Assembly (NCBI GenBank): GCA_049971465.1
Contig: JBMFLB010000001.1
Location: 1 to 42,497 of the forward strand
Source of the DNA: Minisyncoccia bacterium
GTDB taxonomy: Bacteria > Patescibacteriota > Minisyncoccia > UBA6257 > GWB1-50-10
Direction: 5' to 3'
Length of the DNA: 42,497 nucleotides
The position numbers were made by a program, and so were the translations under genes. The notes beneath the pieces were generated by a model. The model worked only from the letters and a program-made list of their open reading frames with translations. It had not been told where the DNA came from and did no database searches. Below are positions 11,977 through 21,006 of the stretch, in pieces; within the stretch, counting starts at the first letter, position 1; each line of letters begins with the position of its first letter.

Positions 11977-11982
11977 TATAAT
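11977..11982 (+). promoter_or_regulatory. -10 box TATAAT 7 nt upstream of the pgk ATG
   Basis: GGTATAAT-aaaatat-ATG. No room for a Shine-Dalgarno sequence. Confidence 0.45.
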
Positions 11983-11989
11983 AAAATAT

Positions 11990-13147
11990 ATGATTCAATA
12001 TTTAAGCAATCAAAATTTAAATAATTTTTCAGGAAAAGTTTGTTTATTACGTATTGATTTAAATATTGAACCAAAATTACCATTAGATTCTTATCGCTTT
12101 CAAGCTATTATTCCAACAGTTCAATTATTATTAAAGCATAATATAAAATTAATTATTTTAAGTCATCGCGGCAGGCCAGTTAATAAAGAAAAAAAATTAT
12201 CATTAAATTGTTTTATTCCACTTTTTAAAAAATATTTTGATACTGATGTTGTTTTTGTTTCTAATTTTCAAAAAAATTTAAAATCAAAAATACAAAATAG
12301 TAATAAAATAATTTTTTTATTTGAAAATTTAAGATTTTATCAAGGAGAAGAAAAAAATGATATTAATTTTGCTAAAAATTTATCATTATTAGGCGATTTT
12401 TATATTAATGATGCTTTTGCAGTTTCACACCGAGAAAATTCTTCAGTTGTAGCAATAACAAAATTTTTGCCATCTTATGCCGGGTTATTATTAGAAAAAG
12501 AAATTAAAAACTTAAATAAAATTATAAAAAATTATAAACATCCATTTGTTATTATTATTGGCGGCGCTAAAATTTCTGATAAAATTGGTGTTATTCAAAA
12601 TTTTATAAAAAAAGCTGATTATTTTCTTTTAGGTGGTGGTCCAGCTAATACTTTTTTTGCCGCACAAGGAATACCTATAGGCAATTCATTAGTTGATAAT
12701 TCAATTTTAGGAAGCTTTATTCGAGGTTCAACCTCCAAAATATTGAAGTTAATTAGTAAGGAGGTTAATTCTCGTAAAATTATCCTGCCGAGCGATGTAA
12801 AAATCAGCGACCGGAAAATTCTAGACATCGGCGAACGCACTACACAATCGTATAATGCCATTATCAAAAAATCAAAAACAATTATTTGGAATGGTCCAAT
12901 GGGGATGTTTGAAAAAAAAGAATTTGAAAATGGCACTTTTGGCATTTGGCAAGCAATTATAAAAAATAAAAAAGCAAATATTGTTATTGGCGGCGGTGAA
13001 ACAGTTGCTTCACTTCAAAAATTTAGAATCCAAAATCCAAAATTAAAAATTAACAAAAATATTTTTATTTCTACTGGTGGCGGCGCGATGCTTGATTATT
13101 TATCAGGTAAAAAATTACCAGGCATTGAAGCATTAAAAAGATCTTAA
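11990..13147 (+). CDS. pgk: Phosphoglycerate kinase
   Basis: LLRIDLN, SHRGRP, NDAFAVSHR, GGAKISDKIGVI, WNGPMGMFE, GGGETVA, STGGGAMLDYLSG. Confidence 0.95.
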   Translation: MIQYLSNQNLNNFSGKVCLLRIDLNIEPKLPLDSYRFQAIIPTVQLLLKHNIKLIILSHRGRPVNKEKKLSLNCFIPLFKKYFDTDVVFVSNFQKNLKSKIQNSNKIIFLFENLRFYQGEEKNDINFAKNLSLLGDFYINDAFAVSHRENSSVVAITKFLPSYAGLLLEKEIKNLNKIIKNYKHPFVIIIGGAKISDKIGVIQNFIKKADYFLLGGGPANTFFAAQGIPIGNSLVDNSILGSFIRGSTSKILKLISKEVNSRKIILPSDVKISDRKILDIGERTTQSYNAIIKKSKTIIWNGPMGMFEKKEFENGTFGIWQAIIKNKKANIVIGGGETVASLQKFRIQNPKLKINKNIFISTGGGAMLDYLSGKKLPGIEALKRS

Positions 13148-13168
13148 TTTATAAAAAAAACAAATTTA

Positions 13169-13177
13169 TGTTATAAT
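13169..13177 (+). promoter_or_regulatory. Extended -10 TGTTATAAT 8 nt upstream of the ATG at 13186
   Basis: TGtTATAAT-tttagatt-ATG. Confidence 0.45.
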
Positions 13178-13185
13178 TTTAGATT

Positions 13186-13992
13186 ATGAAAAAAATAAGT
13201 ATTTTGTATCATGCTAATTGTTTTGATGGTTTTGGCGGTGCCTATGTAGCATGGAAAAAGTTTGGTAACAATGCTGATTATTTTCCTGTTGAACATCAAA
13301 CACCGCCATTAAAAAATTTAAAAAATAAAGAAATTTTTATGATTGATTTTTGTTATCCTGATTTTGTTTTAGAAGAATTACGTCAAAAAAATAAAAAAAT
13401 TGTTGTACTTGATCATCATATTAGTGCTTATAAAAATATAAAAAAAGCTGATGAGTATGTATTTGATAATAATCATTCCGGCGCAATAATTGCTTGGAAT
13501 TATTTTTTTAATAAAACAAAACCATCTAAATTGTTATTACATATTGAGGATCAAGATTTGTGGAATTTTAAATTACCATTTACTAAAGAAATATTATCAG
13601 TATTGGAATTACAAAAATTTGATTTTAAAGTTTGGGATCAATTTTCTCATTTATTAAATAATAAATTACAATCTAAAAAAATAATATCATTAGGTAAAGA
13701 AATATTAAAATACAAAGATATTTTAGTTAATAAAATAACATTAAATGCAGAACCAATTTTTTTAGCGGGTTATAAAGCATTAAGTGTTAATTCGCCAATT
13801 TTAGTTTCAGAAATAAGTGCTAAACTTTTAAAACAAAGTCCATTAGTTGTTATTTGGCAAAAAATTACTAATGGCTATAATATTTCATTAAGATCGAAAG
13901 GTAAAATTGATGTGTCAAAAATTGCAATGCAATATAATGGTGGTGGTCATAAACACTCAGCAGGTTTTAAAATTAAAAAATTGCCATGGTAA
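13186..13992 (+). CDS. DHH/DHHA1 family phosphoesterase (NrnA/RecJ-like)
   Basis: ILYHANCFDGFGGAYVAW, VVLDHHIS (DHH motif), C-terminal GGGHKHSAGF (DHHA1 GGGH motif). Confidence 0.75.
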   Translation: MKKISILYHANCFDGFGGAYVAWKKFGNNADYFPVEHQTPPLKNLKNKEIFMIDFCYPDFVLEELRQKNKKIVVLDHHISAYKNIKKADEYVFDNNHSGAIIAWNYFFNKTKPSKLLLHIEDQDLWNFKLPFTKEILSVLELQKFDFKVWDQFSHLLNNKLQSKKIISLGKEILKYKDILVNKITLNAEPIFLAGYKALSVNSPILVSEISAKLLKQSPLVVIWQKITNGYNISLRSKGKIDVSKIAMQYNGGGHKHSAGFKIKKLPW

Positions 13993-14411
13993 AAAATATA
14001 ATAAAAATGTATACTGATGGGGGATCAAGAGGTAACCCTGGCAATGCTGCAATTGGAATAGTTATTTACTACGATAATAATAAAAAAACTTATGCTGAAT
14101 ATATTGGAAAAACTACTAATAATATTGCTGAATACAAAGCAGTAATTTTTGGATTAAAAAAAATTAAACAATTAATTGGTAAAGAACAATCTTTACAAAC
14201 TAATATTGAATGTTTTTCTGATAGTGAATTATTAGTAAACCAATTAAATGGAAAATATAAAATAAAAGATGATGATATAAAAAATTTATTTATTGAAATT
14301 TGGAATTTAAAACAGGATTTTAATCAAGTAAGTTTTCATTATATTTCTCGAGAAAACAATAAAGAAAGTGATTTTTTAGTAAATAAAGCATTAGATCAAA
14401 ATTTATTTTAA
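13986..14411 (+). CDS. rnhA: Ribonuclease HI
   Basis: MYTDGGSRGNPGNAAIGIVI, NNIAEYKAVIFGLKK, SDSELLVNQLNGKYKIK. Overlaps the DHH gene by 7 nt. An alternative ATG at 14007 is possible. Confidence 0.85.
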   Translation: MVKNIIKMYTDGGSRGNPGNAAIGIVIYYDNNKKTYAEYIGKTTNNIAEYKAVIFGLKKIKQLIGKEQSLQTNIECFSDSELLVNQLNGKYKIKDDDIKNLFIEIWNLKQDFNQVSFHYISRENNKESDFLVNKALDQNLF

Positions 14412-14414
14412 AAA

Positions 14415-14975
14415 CTAAAAATTGTTATCAATAATAAAAACAGCAGCAGCAATAACTGTTGTCCATAATCCATCTTTATGTCCTTCAGCGGATTGAGTTA
14501 TGTTGGTAGTACGAATTATTTTTCCTGATGATTTATAAACTTTTTCTCTTTCATCCCAAGCGGCATTAGCATCAAATTCTAAACCTAAAGTTGTAGCAAG
14601 CATTGTTGCTGCTAAATCTTCGGCATATTCTCCGGCTTTTTCTTCAGTTTGACCAAATGAATGATGTTCAGACAAATATCCCCATTGATTAGAATCAGCA
14701 GGTTGGGCTAGTCCAATTGATGCAGCTATTAATCGGTTTGGTTCATTAGTATTATTTTTTGCCATAACTACATAAACTATTTGTCCTGAATTTAAATATT
14801 TTTTACCTTCTTCTAATGAAATTTTTTTACAATTAGGAGGAAAAATAGAACTTACTAGTACTAAATTATATTCTGCAATTTTTGCATCTCTTAATGCCAT
14901 TTCAAATGATTGAAGTTGTTCTTTATGTCGGCCAACTCCTTTAGTAAAAAACATTTTGCTTGGTACATTATTCAT
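14415..14975 (-). CDS. pdaD: Pyruvoyl-dependent arginine decarboxylase
   Basis: [39 protein letters not shown], with the self-cleavage SS site. The ATG at 14975 is preferred over the TTG at 15011. TGATATAAT lies 13 nt upstream of that ATG. Confidence 0.85.
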   Translation of the reverse strand: MNNVPSKMFFTKGVGRHKEQLQSFEMALRDAKIAEYNLVLVSSIFPPNCKKISLEEGKKYLNSGQIVYVVMAKNNTNEPNRLIAASIGLAQPADSNQWGYLSEHHSFGQTEEKAGEYAEDLAATMLATTLGLEFDANAAWDEREKVYKSSGKIIRTTNITQSAEGHKDGLWTTVIAAAVFIIDNNF

Positions 14976-15140
14976 ATAATTAAAATATATTATATCATAT
15001 TTATTATGCAAAATATATTTTACATTTATTTTTAAATGTTATATTGAAAATTATAAAAATTAATAAATCCAAAAATTGTTATAAAATTAAAAATTTAAAC
15101 TGTAAAATATTTATTATCTTAAAAAAGTTATTAATAAGAA

Positions 15141-15719
15141 TTATTTTGTAGCTGGACCAAATAAATTTTTAATTTTTGCCACAGTTGGTTCTTTTTGTTT
15201 TGAATAAAGTGATTTTTTACGTTTGTTATAAGGTATTTCTGCTGGAGAAGAAAGATACTCAACAGCAATTTGACAAATATACATACCGGGGTAAAGAGCA
15301 ACTGGTAATTCTGATTGATTGGATATTTCTAAAGTAAGTGTTCCTTCAAAACCAGGATCTACAAATCCGGCAGTATGAACTAAAATTCCCATTCGAGCTA
15401 AAGTACTTTTTCCTTCTACTCGTAAAATAAGATCATTAGGAACAATGATGTATTCATAAGTAGCGGCTAAAACAAAAGAATTTGGATGTAAAATATAATG
15501 TTCATTTGATTTTAAATGATGAGTGACAATAAAATTTTTATTTGGGAAACCCCTTTTTGTATCTAATAAATAATGTTTAGCAATATTAAATGATTTTAAA
15601 ATAGATCCTAATTTTAAATCAATTGAAGCTGGGCCAATTTGATCAGAATTTAAATGAGGTTTAAAAATTAATCTTTTTTCTTTTATTATTTTTTTAATAT
15701 CTCGATCAGAAAGAATCAT
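15141..15719 (-). CDS. dcd: dCTP deaminase
   Basis: MILSDRDIKKIIKEKRLIFKP...GPASIDLKLG...GFVDPGFEG. The ATG at 15719 is preferred over the TTG at 15725. Confidence 0.9.
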   Translation of the reverse strand: MILSDRDIKKIIKEKRLIFKPHLNSDQIGPASIDLKLGSILKSFNIAKHYLLDTKRGFPNKNFIVTHHLKSNEHYILHPNSFVLAATYEYIIVPNDLILRVEGKSTLARMGILVHTAGFVDPGFEGTLTLEISNQSELPVALYPGMYICQIAVEYLSSPAEIPYNKRKKSLYSKQKEPTVAKIKNLFGPATK

Positions 15720-15726
15720 TAACAAA

Positions 15727-15735
15727 ATTTTAACA
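15727..15735 (-). promoter_or_regulatory. Extended -10 TGTTAAAAT 7 nt upstream of the dcd ATG
   Basis: Minus strand reads TGtTAAAAT-tttgtta-ATG. Confidence 0.45.
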
Positions 15736-15816
15736 TTTTTTTAAAAAATTAACAATAAATTTAAAAATTAGTTTTGTAATTTAATTTAATAAAATTTAGC
15801 AAGATAGGTTTAATTA

Positions 15817-15887
15817 GCTGCGGGGCTTGGATTCGAACCAAGATACCAGCGTCCAGAGCGCTGTGTCCTACCATTAGACGACCCCGC
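15817..15887 (-). tRNA. tRNA-Gln (anticodon CTG)
   Basis: Minus strand TGCGGGG...CAGCG-CTCTGGA-CGCTG...CTTGG-TTCGAAT-CCAAG-CCCCGCA-G. U1:A72 pair typical of bacterial tRNA-Gln. Confidence 0.9.
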
Positions 15888-15907
15888 AATATTTTTATTT
15901 TATCTTT

Positions 15908-17026
15908 TTATTTATTTTTTTCAATTTTAAATGATTCAATTAAAGCTATTTCTAATGGAATAATAGGAAATTGGCTATAGCGCATTTGTACTAACGCACT
16001 AAGTAAATTTTTTAATAAATTTAAATGTTTGTCAGAAAACAATTTAGATTGTGCTAATATTTTATTTATATCTTCTTCAGTTAATTCTTTTTTAAATTCC
16101 TGTGCTAAATTTGGATTATATTTAAGAACAATAATTCTTCGTAAATGTTGAATTAAATCTTTAGTTAATTGCAAAATATTATAGCCATTATTATAAATTT
16201 CATAAATTTTATTTAAAGAATTATTTAAATCATTTGTTAATAAAAAATTAGTAATTGTATAAATATTATTAAATCCAACAATACCAATAGATTTTTCAAC
16301 ATCATTTAATGTTATTTTTTTAGTGCCAGCGCTAAACATTTCATCTAATAAAGATTCAGCATCACGAAAACTACCATCAGCAGTTGAAGCAATTAATTCT
16401 AAAGCATTTTGATCAATATTAATTTTTTCTTGATCACAAATTTTTTGTAATTTTTGTACTATTAAATTTAATGGAATTTTTTTAAAAAGAAATTGTTGGG
16501 TTCGTGATTTAATTGTTGCTGGTATTTTATCAAATTCAGTAGTAATTAATATAAAAATTGTATATTCTGGTGGTTCTTCTAATGTTTTTAGTAAAGCATT
16601 AAAAGCTTCTTTTGTTAACATATGAGCTTCATCAATAATAAATATTTTATAGGGTCCAATATTTGGTGCGGTTTTAATAATTTCTTTTAAATTTCTTATT
16701 TCATCTATACCACGATTAGAAGCAGCGTCTATTTCAATTACATCTAAGTTTCTATTTTCATCAATTGTTTGGCAACTATTACAGGTATTACAGGGTTCGC
16801 CTAATTTTTTAAAGTTTTCATCATTAATTCTTTTTTGACAATTTGCTATTTTTGCTATTAATCTTGCTGTTGTTGTTTTACCAGTACCGCGCGGTCCAGT
16901 AAATAAGTAAGCATGTGATAATTTATCTTGTTTTGCTGCCTCTTTAATAATTTTTATAATTAATTCTTGTCCTAATAAATCTTCAAAAGTAGTTGGTCGA
17001 TATTTACGATAAATTGCTAAAGCCAT
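15908..17026 (-). CDS. dnaX: DNA polymerase III subunit gamma/tau (short form)
   Basis: ALAIYRKYRPTTFEDLLGQ, GPRGTGKTT, zinc module CNTCNSCQ, IFIIDEAHMLT, SRTQQF. ATG at 17026 preferred. Confidence 0.9.
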   Translation of the reverse strand: MALAIYRKYRPTTFEDLLGQELIIKIIKEAAKQDKLSHAYLFTGPRGTGKTTTARLIAKIANCQKRINDENFKKLGEPCNTCNSCQTIDENRNLDVIEIDAASNRGIDEIRNLKEIIKTAPNIGPYKIFIIDEAHMLTKEAFNALLKTLEEPPEYTIFILITTEFDKIPATIKSRTQQFLFKKIPLNLIVQKLQKICDQEKINIDQNALELIASTADGSFRDAESLLDEMFSAGTKKITLNDVEKSIGIVGFNNIYTITNFLLTNDLNNSLNKIYEIYNNGYNILQLTKDLIQHLRRIIVLKYNPNLAQEFKKELTEEDINKILAQSKLFSDKHLNLLKNLLSALVQMRYSQFPIIPLEIALIESFKIEKNK

Positions 17027-17082
17027 TGTTATAATGTTAATATTTTTGCAGAAATTATGCAATTATGATATTTTTAGAAAAG

Positions 17083-18273
17083 ATGAAAAAAATAATATTA
17101 ATTTTAGGTTTAATTATAGGAATAAGCATCTTTATATTATTGTTATTTGTACTTAAAAACCAATCAGTTATTTCAAATAGTGAAGGTCAAAATTTTATAA
17201 CTAATCAACAAGATCAAAAAAATAATAATCTTATAAATACCAATAATGTTTATATTGAACCAAAGCCAGAAAAATTATCAGATCCTCCTAGTGAAATAAA
17301 AGCAATTTATGCTGATAGTTGGTCAATAAGCAATACTAGCACTATTGATCGATTAATAACTATTATAAAAAAGCACAATTTTAATGCATTGGTCTTTGAT
17401 GTTCAATCTAAAGATGGAAATATTGCTTATGATTTTAATAATGCTCAATTAGATAAATACAATATTAAAAAAGATACTATTGGAAACATTGATATATTAA
17501 TTAATAAATTACATAAAAATAATATTTATACTATTGCCAGAATTGTTTGTTTTAAAAATACAGCACTGGCATTAAATAATCCTAATTTAGCAATAAAAAT
17601 AAATAATAAAATTTGGAAAGATAATAGTGGTATGTCTTGGCTTGATCCAAGTAGTAAAGATGTATGGAATTTTGTATTAACTTTAGCTAAAGATATAAAA
17701 AATCATAGTGTTGATGAAATAAATTTTGATTATATGAGGTTTCCATCAGATGGCGCTATTGATTTATTACAATATCCTTTTTATCAAAATGATGTTCCCA
17801 AAAAAGATATAATTAATAATTTTTTTAAATATTTACGTCAAAATTTAAGTGATATAAAAATATCTGCTGATGTTTTTGGACAAACAACTTCTTCTAAAAA
17901 TGATATGGGTATAGGTCAAATAATTGAAAATGCTTATAAATATTTTGATTATGTTTCTCCAATGATTTATCCTAGTTTATATGTAAATAATTTTTTAGAT
18001 TTTGAAAATTCTCATCAACATCCTTATGAAATAGTAAAATATGAAGTGCAATCAGCTTTAGAGCGTTTAATAAAAATGCAAGAAAATTCTTCCACTACTA
18101 TTGATACAAAATTACGTCCTTGGTTGCAAGCATTTAGTTTAGATATTGATTATACTCCCGAAATGATACAAAAAGAAATTCAAGGTTATTATGATAGTAT
18201 TGCTTCCACAACTTTTGCTGGTTTAACTAATGGCTTTATGCTATGGGATACTAATAATATTTACAATTTTTAA
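17083..18273 (+). CDS. Secreted/anchored putative glycoside hydrolase (DUF4015-like TIM barrel)
   Basis: N-terminal TM. KAIYADSW...NALVFDVQSKDG..., ARIVCFKN, WLDPSSKDVW, VDEINFDYMRFPSDG resemble the DUF4015 family as remembered. The ORF is open from 17065. Confidence 0.5.
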   Translation: MKKIILILGLIIGISIFILLLFVLKNQSVISNSEGQNFITNQQDQKNNNLINTNNVYIEPKPEKLSDPPSEIKAIYADSWSISNTSTIDRLITIIKKHNFNALVFDVQSKDGNIAYDFNNAQLDKYNIKKDTIGNIDILINKLHKNNIYTIARIVCFKNTALALNNPNLAIKINNKIWKDNSGMSWLDPSSKDVWNFVLTLAKDIKNHSVDEINFDYMRFPSDGAIDLLQYPFYQNDVPKKDIINNFFKYLRQNLSDIKISADVFGQTTSSKNDMGIGQIIENAYKYFDYVSPMIYPSLYVNNFLDFENSHQHPYEIVKYEVQSALERLIKMQENSSTTIDTKLRPWLQAFSLDIDYTPEMIQKEIQGYYDSIASTTFAGLTNGFMLWDTNNIYNF

Positions 18274-18279
18274 TTAAAG

Positions 18280-18335
18280 AAAAATGGTATAATAAGTATA
18301 TAAACAGATAAAAAATGGTATAATAAGTATATAAA
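18280..18335 (+). repeat. Tandem duplication of a 25-nt segment carrying an extended -10 box
   Basis: AAAAATGGTATAATAAGTATATAAA at 18280-18304 and again at 18311-18335 (31-nt period). Each copy contains TGGTATAAT. Confidence 0.85.
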
Positions 18336-18343
18336 TAAATATT

Positions 18344-19003
18344 ATGAAGTTTAAATTTAAAATAAATTTTTTTATAATTTTAATAGCAATTATTATTGGA
18401 ATAATATTTTTTCAAAGGTCGATAAGTAACAGACATCTGACAAAATTAAACATTAAATTAGTTCCTAGTAATGAAACCACGACGGTTCAATTTTCAACCG
18501 GCAATGTAATGTCTGTTACAACATCTAATATAAAAACTATGTCATTAGAATTAAAATCGGCTTTATTTAAAGATAATGATTTTATCCCATCAAAATATAG
18601 TTGTGATGGAGAAGATATTAATCCCGCTTTAGAAATTAAAAATGCTCCTGATAATACTAAAAGTTTTGTAATCATTATGGATGATCCAGATGCAGTTAGA
18701 AAACCAACTAACAATACTTTTATTCATTGGTTAATATGGAATATTGATGCTAAAACAACTTATATTGAAGAAGATTCTTTGCCACCGGGGTCGGTTCAAG
18801 GCAAAAATGATTTCCCAAAAATTGGTTATGGTGGTCCTTGTCCGCCAGTAGGTAATCCTCCTCATCATTATCATTTTACTGTTTATGCTTTAGATACTAT
18901 TTTAAACTTACCCGAAGGATCTAATTATTATCAGTTATGGCAAGCAATGCAAGGACATATTTTAGATCAAGCAAGTTTAGTTGGACTTTATCAAAGAAAA
19001 TAA
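18344..19003 (+). CDS. YbhB/YbcL (PEBP) family protein with N-terminal membrane anchor
   Basis: DGEDINPALEI, FVIIMDDPDA, FIHWLIWNI, GYGGPCPPVGNPPHHYHFTVYALD. Confidence 0.85.
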   Translation: MKFKFKINFFIILIAIIIGIIFFQRSISNRHLTKLNIKLVPSNETTTVQFSTGNVMSVTTSNIKTMSLELKSALFKDNDFIPSKYSCDGEDINPALEIKNAPDNTKSFVIIMDDPDAVRKPTNNTFIHWLIWNIDAKTTYIEEDSLPPGSVQGKNDFPKIGYGGPCPPVGNPPHHYHFTVYALDTILNLPEGSNYYQLWQAMQGHILDQASLVGLYQRK

Positions 19004-19013
19004 TTATAAATAA

Positions 19014-19328
19014 TTGAAATTTAATCAAAACAATGATAAATATATTTGGACAAAACATGCATTGCAAAAAATGCAATTTTATGCATTATCAGAAAATAGA
19101 ATAAAAAGGATTATAAAATTTCCTAAAAGAATTGAAGAAAGTATTGTTCCTAATTGTATTGCTGTTATGCAACCAACAACTACAAAAAAATATTCTGAAA
19201 TTTGGTCTATTTATAAAATAGAAAATAAAAAAATAAAAATTATTACTGCTTGGCGTTATCCTGGAAAAAGTTCAGCAAGAAATCCAATTCCAATAGATAT
19301 AATGAATGAAATTAAAGAATTAATTTAA
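19014..19328 (+). CDS. Hypothetical protein (weak DUF4258-like pattern)
   Basis: 104-aa ORF with a TTG start. WTKHALQKMQ...LSENRIKRII...ITAWRYPG. No partner gene. Confidence 0.35.
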   Translation: MKFNQNNDKYIWTKHALQKMQFYALSENRIKRIIKFPKRIEESIVPNCIAVMQPTTTKKYSEIWSIYKIENKKIKIITAWRYPGKSSARNPIPIDIMNEIKELI

Positions 19329-19358
19329 GTTTTTAAACTTTAAATTTGTTTTATTCAG

Positions 19359-19367
19359 TAGTACAAT
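19359..19367 (+). promoter_or_regulatory. TAGTACAAT -10 element 6 nt upstream of the ychF ATG
   Basis: TAGTACAAT-attttt-ATG. The same 9-mer recurs at 33892-33900 (-) and 36318-36326 (+). Confidence 0.5.
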
Positions 19368-19373
19368 ATTTTT

Positions 19374-20369
19374 ATGGATTTATCGATTGGAATTATTGGT
19401 TTACCTAATGTTGGTAAATCAACTTTATTTCAAAAATTAACCAAGCAAAATGTAAATATTGCTAATTATCCATTTGCTACTATTGATCCTAATGTGGGCG
19501 TAGTTGAGGTTCCAGACGCACGACTTCAAAAATTAGCTCAAATTAGTAAGTCCGAAAAAATAATTCCAGCAGTTATTGAATTTTATGATATTGCTGGATT
19601 GGTTAGGGGTGCTTATAAAGGCGATGGTTTAGGAAATCAATTTTTAGCGCATATTAGAAATGTTAAAGCAATTCTTCATATTGTTAGATGTTTTAAACAA
19701 CAAGATATTATTCATGTTGAGGGTAATGTAAGCCCAGAACGTGATATTGATATAATTGAAACGGAATTAATTTTTAAAGATTTTGAAACAATTGAAAAAA
19801 GATTAAAAAAATTAGAAGGGGAGGTAAGAAGCGGTGATAAGCAAGCAAAGATTAATTTTGATATTTTAACTAAAGCAAAAGAAATGTTAAATCAAGGTAA
19901 ATTATTATTACCATTAAAAGATGAATTAATTATTAAAGAACTACAACTTTTAACCGCTAAACCGCAAATTATATTATTTAATGGAGCAATAAATGATATA
20001 CCTGAATCAGCAAAACAAAAAGTAAAAAATTTTGGATTTGAATTTATGATTTTTGATTTAAATTCTAATGTTAATTTAAATCCATTAATACAAACTGCTT
20101 ATCGTATTTTAGATTTAATAAGTTTTTTTACTACTGGTGAAGATGAAACAAGATCTTGGACAATTATTAAAGGAACCAAAGCGCCTCAAGCCGCTGGTGT
20201 TATTCACACTGATTTTGAAAAAAAATTTATTAAAGCAGAAGTTATAAATTGGAATATATTATTACAAAGCGGTAGTTGGAATAATGCCAAACAAAAAGGT
20301 CTTATTAAATTAGAAGGCAAAGATTATATTGTTCAAGATGGCGATGTAATTATTTTTAAACATGGATAA
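19374..20369 (+). CDS. ychF: Ribosome-binding ATPase YchF
   Basis: GIIGLPNVGKSTLF, NYPFATIDPNVG, FYDIAGLV, C-terminal TGS-like RSWTI..GTKAPQAAGVIHTDFEKKFIKAEV. Confidence 0.9.
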   Translation: MDLSIGIIGLPNVGKSTLFQKLTKQNVNIANYPFATIDPNVGVVEVPDARLQKLAQISKSEKIIPAVIEFYDIAGLVRGAYKGDGLGNQFLAHIRNVKAILHIVRCFKQQDIIHVEGNVSPERDIDIIETELIFKDFETIEKRLKKLEGEVRSGDKQAKINFDILTKAKEMLNQGKLLLPLKDELIIKELQLLTAKPQIILFNGAINDIPESAKQKVKNFGFEFMIFDLNSNVNLNPLIQTAYRILDLISFFTTGEDETRSWTIIKGTKAPQAAGVIHTDFEKKFIKAEVINWNILLQSGSWNNAKQKGLIKLEGKDYIVQDGDVIIFKHG

Positions 20370-21006
20370 AAATTTTTATCAATTATATTTAGAAAATTAT
20401 CAAGGACCACTTGATAAATTATTAGAATTAGTAGAAGAACAAAAAATGGAAATAAATTCTATTAGTTTATCAAAAGTTACTTCTGATTTTTTAAATTATA
20501 TTAAACAAATAGAAAACAATGCGTCGCCTGATTTAATTTCTGAATTTTTGGTTATTGCTTCAAAATTAATTTTAATTAAAACAAAGTCATTATTGCCTAA
20601 TTTAGAATTAAATCAAGAAGACGAAGAAGAAATTAAAAATTTAGAATGGGCATTAAAAGTACATAAAGAATTTAAAATTGCTCAAAATATATTTAAAAAT
20701 ATATGGAATATTATGCCGTTAATGGGGAATAGAGAATTTTTAGCCAATATTAAAGGCACCTTTTATCCTGCCACCAATATGACATTAAATAATTTTCAAA
20801 ACTCAATGGAAAACATTTTTCAGGAACTTAATAAAATATTTAAACCAGTAAGTATTATTAAAAATACTATTATTAATATTCAAGAAAAAATTCAAGAAAT
20901 ATTTAATCGTTTACAAGCTAATACTTTATATTTTGATGAATTAAAACGAAAAATCAACAAAACAAGAAATAATTATTACTTTTTTAGCAATATTACAATT
21001 ATTTAA
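20362..21006 (+). CDS. scpA: Segregation and condensation protein A, apparently interrupted by a frameshift (conserved C-terminus continues in the +1 frame to 21079)
   Basis: YQGPLDKLLELVEEQKMEINSISLSKVTSDFLNY. The expected C-terminal block STKQEIIITFLAILQLFKDQLIVVEQKNNFSNIII is encoded in the +1 frame from about 20950 to the TAA at 21077-21079. Confidence 0.8.
   Translation: MDKNFYQLYLENYQGPLDKLLELVEEQKMEINSISLSKVTSDFLNYIKQIENNASPDLISEFLVIASKLILIKTKSLLPNLELNQEDEEEIKNLEWALKVHKEFKIAQNIFKNIWNIMPLMGNREFLANIKGTFYPATNMTLNNFQNSMENIFQELNKIFKPVSIIKNTIINIQEKIQEIFNRLQANTLYFDELKRKINKTRNNYYFFSNITII

Noticed and set aside
13186-14411. DHH phosphoesterase plus RNase HI as a novel two-gene system.
   Set aside because: Both are common housekeeping nucleic-acid turnover enzymes. 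A 7-nt overlap is normal in this compact genome. Nothing in the sequence suggests a defence or signalling role.
19014-19328. Toxin-antitoxin pair around the DUF4258-like ORF.
   Set aside because: No small partner ORF lies adjacent. The neighbours are a PEBP protein and ychF. The similarity is weak and from memory only.
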